The translations under genes and the position numbers were made by a program. From contig QPGO01000190.1 of assembly GCA_008632985.1 (NCBI GenBank), positions 62,001 to 126,000 on the forward strand: a stretch of DNA of 64,000 nt, read 5' to 3'. Below, piece by piece: positions 60,700 through 64,000 of the stretch. The stretch comes from Psammoneis japonica (taxonomy: Eukaryota). Each line of letters starts with the position of its first letter. The first letter of the stretch is position 1. Below the pieces are notes generated by a model that saw nothing but the letters and a program-made list of their open reading frames with translations, was not told where the DNA came from and made no database searches.

Positions 60700-63600
60700 G
60701 CTTTGTGATGCAGGCTTTCGGTTGTCGCTCAAGGGTGACCAACACTGTCTCAATTTAATTTTACCCGACTTGACCAAAACAATGGCCAGTTGCTGGGGCA
60801 TGGACGAATGCTGTCAACGGATTCTTCAGCACCGGTGCAAAAAATCTGTGTAGTGCAAAGTGGTTCTTAAAAACTTGAAGTCTGCAAGGTGCTTAAAAAA
60901 CAAAGGAAATGCTGCTGCACCGCACCCAATGCATTGTTGTAGAAATCCGTGAACTGGATGATGGGTGGTTGTTGGGCAGGCGCCCTGCGTGTGTTTGTCT
61001 GGTTACGATCTGCCTGTTTTCGTGTGAAGAGGACATGGGTTAAATTCCATGGACATTTGGGCGCAACTTTAGAGTGGCACTTGAGACGACACGACACAAT
61101 GTGCCTTGCATTTTCCATCATCATTTTCACAATGCCAGTGTTTCCCTTCATGTTCGAAACCATGAGTGCGGTTTGCTTGTCACAGTCAGCACCATCCTGT
61201 CAAATCCTTGGTCACACATGGAGGAATCGCAGCCGTGTCACCCCAAGATGCGGTGGCAAACAGCGGTCTGGTTGCACGACAATCAAGCAGCTTGCTTGCT
61301 TGTGTGCATCTGCCAAATCCTTGACTGCTGTGAGTGACTTCTTTGTCCATTTGTGCTGAGCTGGGACACACGGCATTTTGTCGCATTTGGCGACATTTTC
61401 TTAAATGAGTTGATGATTTGTCGTGAAAAGACGTGAATTGCGACAAAATGTCCGGGTTGGCGACAAACGGGACAGAAACATTGTTCAATTGAGTTTTAAA
61501 ATGATCAATGTCATTTATGACCAACCTGCACTTTGGCGATGTCGTTTCAACAAGCGGGGCAATTGACAGAATTTGGCGGTCGATGTCATCGACGAAAATT
61601 CATCCGACAAATTTTGTCGCGGACATCCGACAAATTTGTCGGATGTCCGACAAAATTTGTCGGCATGCAACACGACAAGACACAACATGACACGACACGA
61701 CAAGACACGACACGACACGACACGACAAGACATGACACAACAAGACACGACACGACACAACACGTCACGACACGACGACTCACGACTCACGAACGAAACA
61801 CCCACGCCCCCCGCACACACCAACCGCTAACGTCTCCGTTGACACTGTGTCTCTTTTGCATGATGATGCAAAGCGACGATCATGCCGCTCTCGGCGGTCT
61901 CCAATGTTTCATCCACAATCTCGTGGAGACGGCACGTCCACACGACTGGGCACTTCTGAATGTTGGGGAGCGTTGCATTATCGGCATGTCGCAAACGTCC
62001 GTCTGTCGGCGTTTGTCGGCTCTTGTTGGCGTTTGTCGGCTCTTGTTGGCATTTGTCATACGTTGTCGGGGTTTGTCGGGGCTTGTCGGGGTTTGTCGGG
62101 GTTTGTCGGATGCGACAAAATTTGTCGCACGTCCGACAAAATTTGTCGCACGTCTGACAAAATTTGTCGCATCCGGCAAAATTTGTCATTGACAAGTGCA
62201 GTCTTCGCCGAAAGTTAAATTCATCACATGGCACTGCAGTTGACACAACGTTTGTGTTTGGGACACGCCATTGCCAATTAAATGATGTTTTTGTCTCATT
62301 TATCGCCAACGATTGAAATTTGTCTCAAAGGGCGTTTTTCACGACAAATCGTCCAATTCATTTAAGGGAATGTCGCAATTGGCGACAAAATGCCGTGTGT
62401 CCCTGGTCTGGAAGCATGGAACAAGCCATGCCTCACTTCAATGTCATGCGTGGACCCTGCACGGCATCGAGCACATTTGCTGAAAGAAAACACAGCCCAA
62501 ACGCACCACTGTGACTGGCTCTCTTTAGAGACGGGCTTTTTTGGCCAGCTCTGGTCATCCTGAATGACTCGTTGTCCACCCTTTCAGGTTTTGTCATCAA
62601 AATGAATCTCTGGAATGTGTCCCACAAAGTTGGCCACTGCAAAATCATCGTCAGACAGATCTGATGCGGACCCACCCTCTGTTTTCAATGCAGTGCAAAA
62701 ATGAAGATTTAGGTGCAACAGCGGACCACAGTGGGGTGAGGCAGAGGACACCACAGGGCAACCACAGGATTCTGCTGTGCAGAGATTTGATTTTTCGAAA
62801 CTTCCCTCTGACACACCGTGCGTGCATGATGTTGGGGCATGCTGCAAACACACACCATCCCACATGCCATGCCACCAGCAAATCAAAATTGACAAGACAA
62901 ACCCCCATGCTGCACTGCACAAACATTTGCATTTGCCAGCAGTGGCAACAATTTCCATCTGCAATCTTGCAACAGAGAGTGGCGCAAATGCACCTTCTCA
63001 GCACTTCTTGTTTCTCTGCTGAAATTCTGTTTAAAAAAGTTTTGCTGGGTGCAAAGTCAAAAATGAGCAGACAAGTCTTCACTTGCTGCCACAGTGTGCT
63101 CGCTGTGATTCTTGGCATGGTGTGTGGAACAATGGCTCGACTGACAACTGGATGAAAATTTCAGTTCAGCAGAACCACCGCACAGTCAAAAGAAAAGAGT
63201 CATGCCACACCACCACAGCAAAAGAGCTGCTGACAAAAAGACAAACCCAAATTAAATGCTGCAAAGCAACAGTGTGCATTGAAAAAGCACATCATCCAAA
63301 ACAAGCCTCTTTCAATTCACGACGTGACACCACGCAATGTCCCAACATGTCACAGACACAAACATGATGTGCGGTCTCTGGCCACAGTGCCAGATTCTTG
63401 GCTGCCAGCCACTCTGGCTCCTGGCAGTCTCAGCACCACTCCAAGGCCCACCATGCCAATGGCTGGCTTGCCTTCAATTTCTTGTCCCTTTGGTGGGCTG
63501 GACACTTTCTTGATGGTTGGTCAAAACATGAGAGGTGTGGATGAGTCCAAATGAGCAACTGTCCAGCGCGGCTCATTGCCAAAGACCAACACAAAGCTCA

Positions 63601-64000
63601 AGCCACCTCCTCACCTTGAGCACCAAGGCCAAGCCACCCCTTCCAGGAGGCTGACCACAACGGGGTTCAGTTTGCCATCGTTGGACCGATCCTTGACATT
63701 GAACAAATCCATGAAACCCCTGCAGACTCCAAGGAAAGCCAGCGGATGGTTGTGCCAACAAGCACCAGAGCAAGGCAAGCATGTGGCCAGTTCACCCAAT
63801 GTGCTCATCGAGACACAAGTTGCCAAGACACAGATGCTGCATCCCACATGGTGCACAATGCTCAAAAATCAAATTGGCAAAGGCAGCAATGTGCGGCTGA
63901 GACTCATGAGCACATTGGCACTGGAGCAACCGTTGCTGAGGGCCAACCACAAGCTGGTGGGGGGGCAAAGGTCAACAGCCCCAAACTCATCACAATGGCA
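60700..64000. other. TpA-depleted hypermutated block 5 (runs off the window end)
   Basis: TA is rare and survives mostly as TTAA/TTA. ORFs are nearly Tyr-free. Confidence 0.85.
61364..62402. mobile_element. Non-autonomous TIR DNA transposon, PIF/Harbinger-like, with 3-bp TSD CTG
   Basis: Termini GGACACACGGCATTTTGTCGC...GCGACAAAATGCCGTGTGTCC with long imperfect inverted arms. CTG flanks both ends (61361-63, 62403-05). The interior has CGACAAAATTTGTCG palindromes, (ACACG)n and GTTTGTCGG repeats. Confidence 0.85.

Noticed and set aside
61533..62192. 219-aa ORF with TTRHD/CRGLSG repeats
   Set aside because: Translation of microsatellites inside the TIR element.
63400..64000. Possible transporter relic on the minus strand (LALSNGCSS, hydrophobic segments)
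   Set aside because: Too degenerate and truncated by the window edge to assign.

Overview
Eukaryotic nuclear DNA, most likely from a diatom. This is inferred from short GT-AG introns, a CoDi-like copia RT fragment, helicase-associated-repeat and class C GPCR genes, a nuclear sigma-70 relic and an ASAFAP-like presequence. The window has two compartments. Normal-composition islands hold four apparently intact genes (zf-HIT protein, PPDK, SNase-like nuclease, TPR+TTL-family ligase) plus conventionally decayed pseudogenes. Five large blocks (~1-15.4, 21.8-32.3, 36.4-41.1, 50.6-57.4 and 60.7-64 kb) are almost stripped of TpA and mostly of CpG, with TpG/CpA in excess. These blocks contain transposon relics, satellites and dead copies of host genes. 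The main finding is an apparent repeat-targeted TpA->TpG/CpA (A:T->G:C) hypermutation, opposite in direction to fungal RIP. It turns Tyr codons into Cys or His, spares TTAA-type contexts, is separable from CpG decay, and leaks in a gradient into neighbouring sequence. Most ORFs in the supplied track inside these blocks are artefacts of lost TAA/TAG stops. All family calls are by eye; no searches were run.
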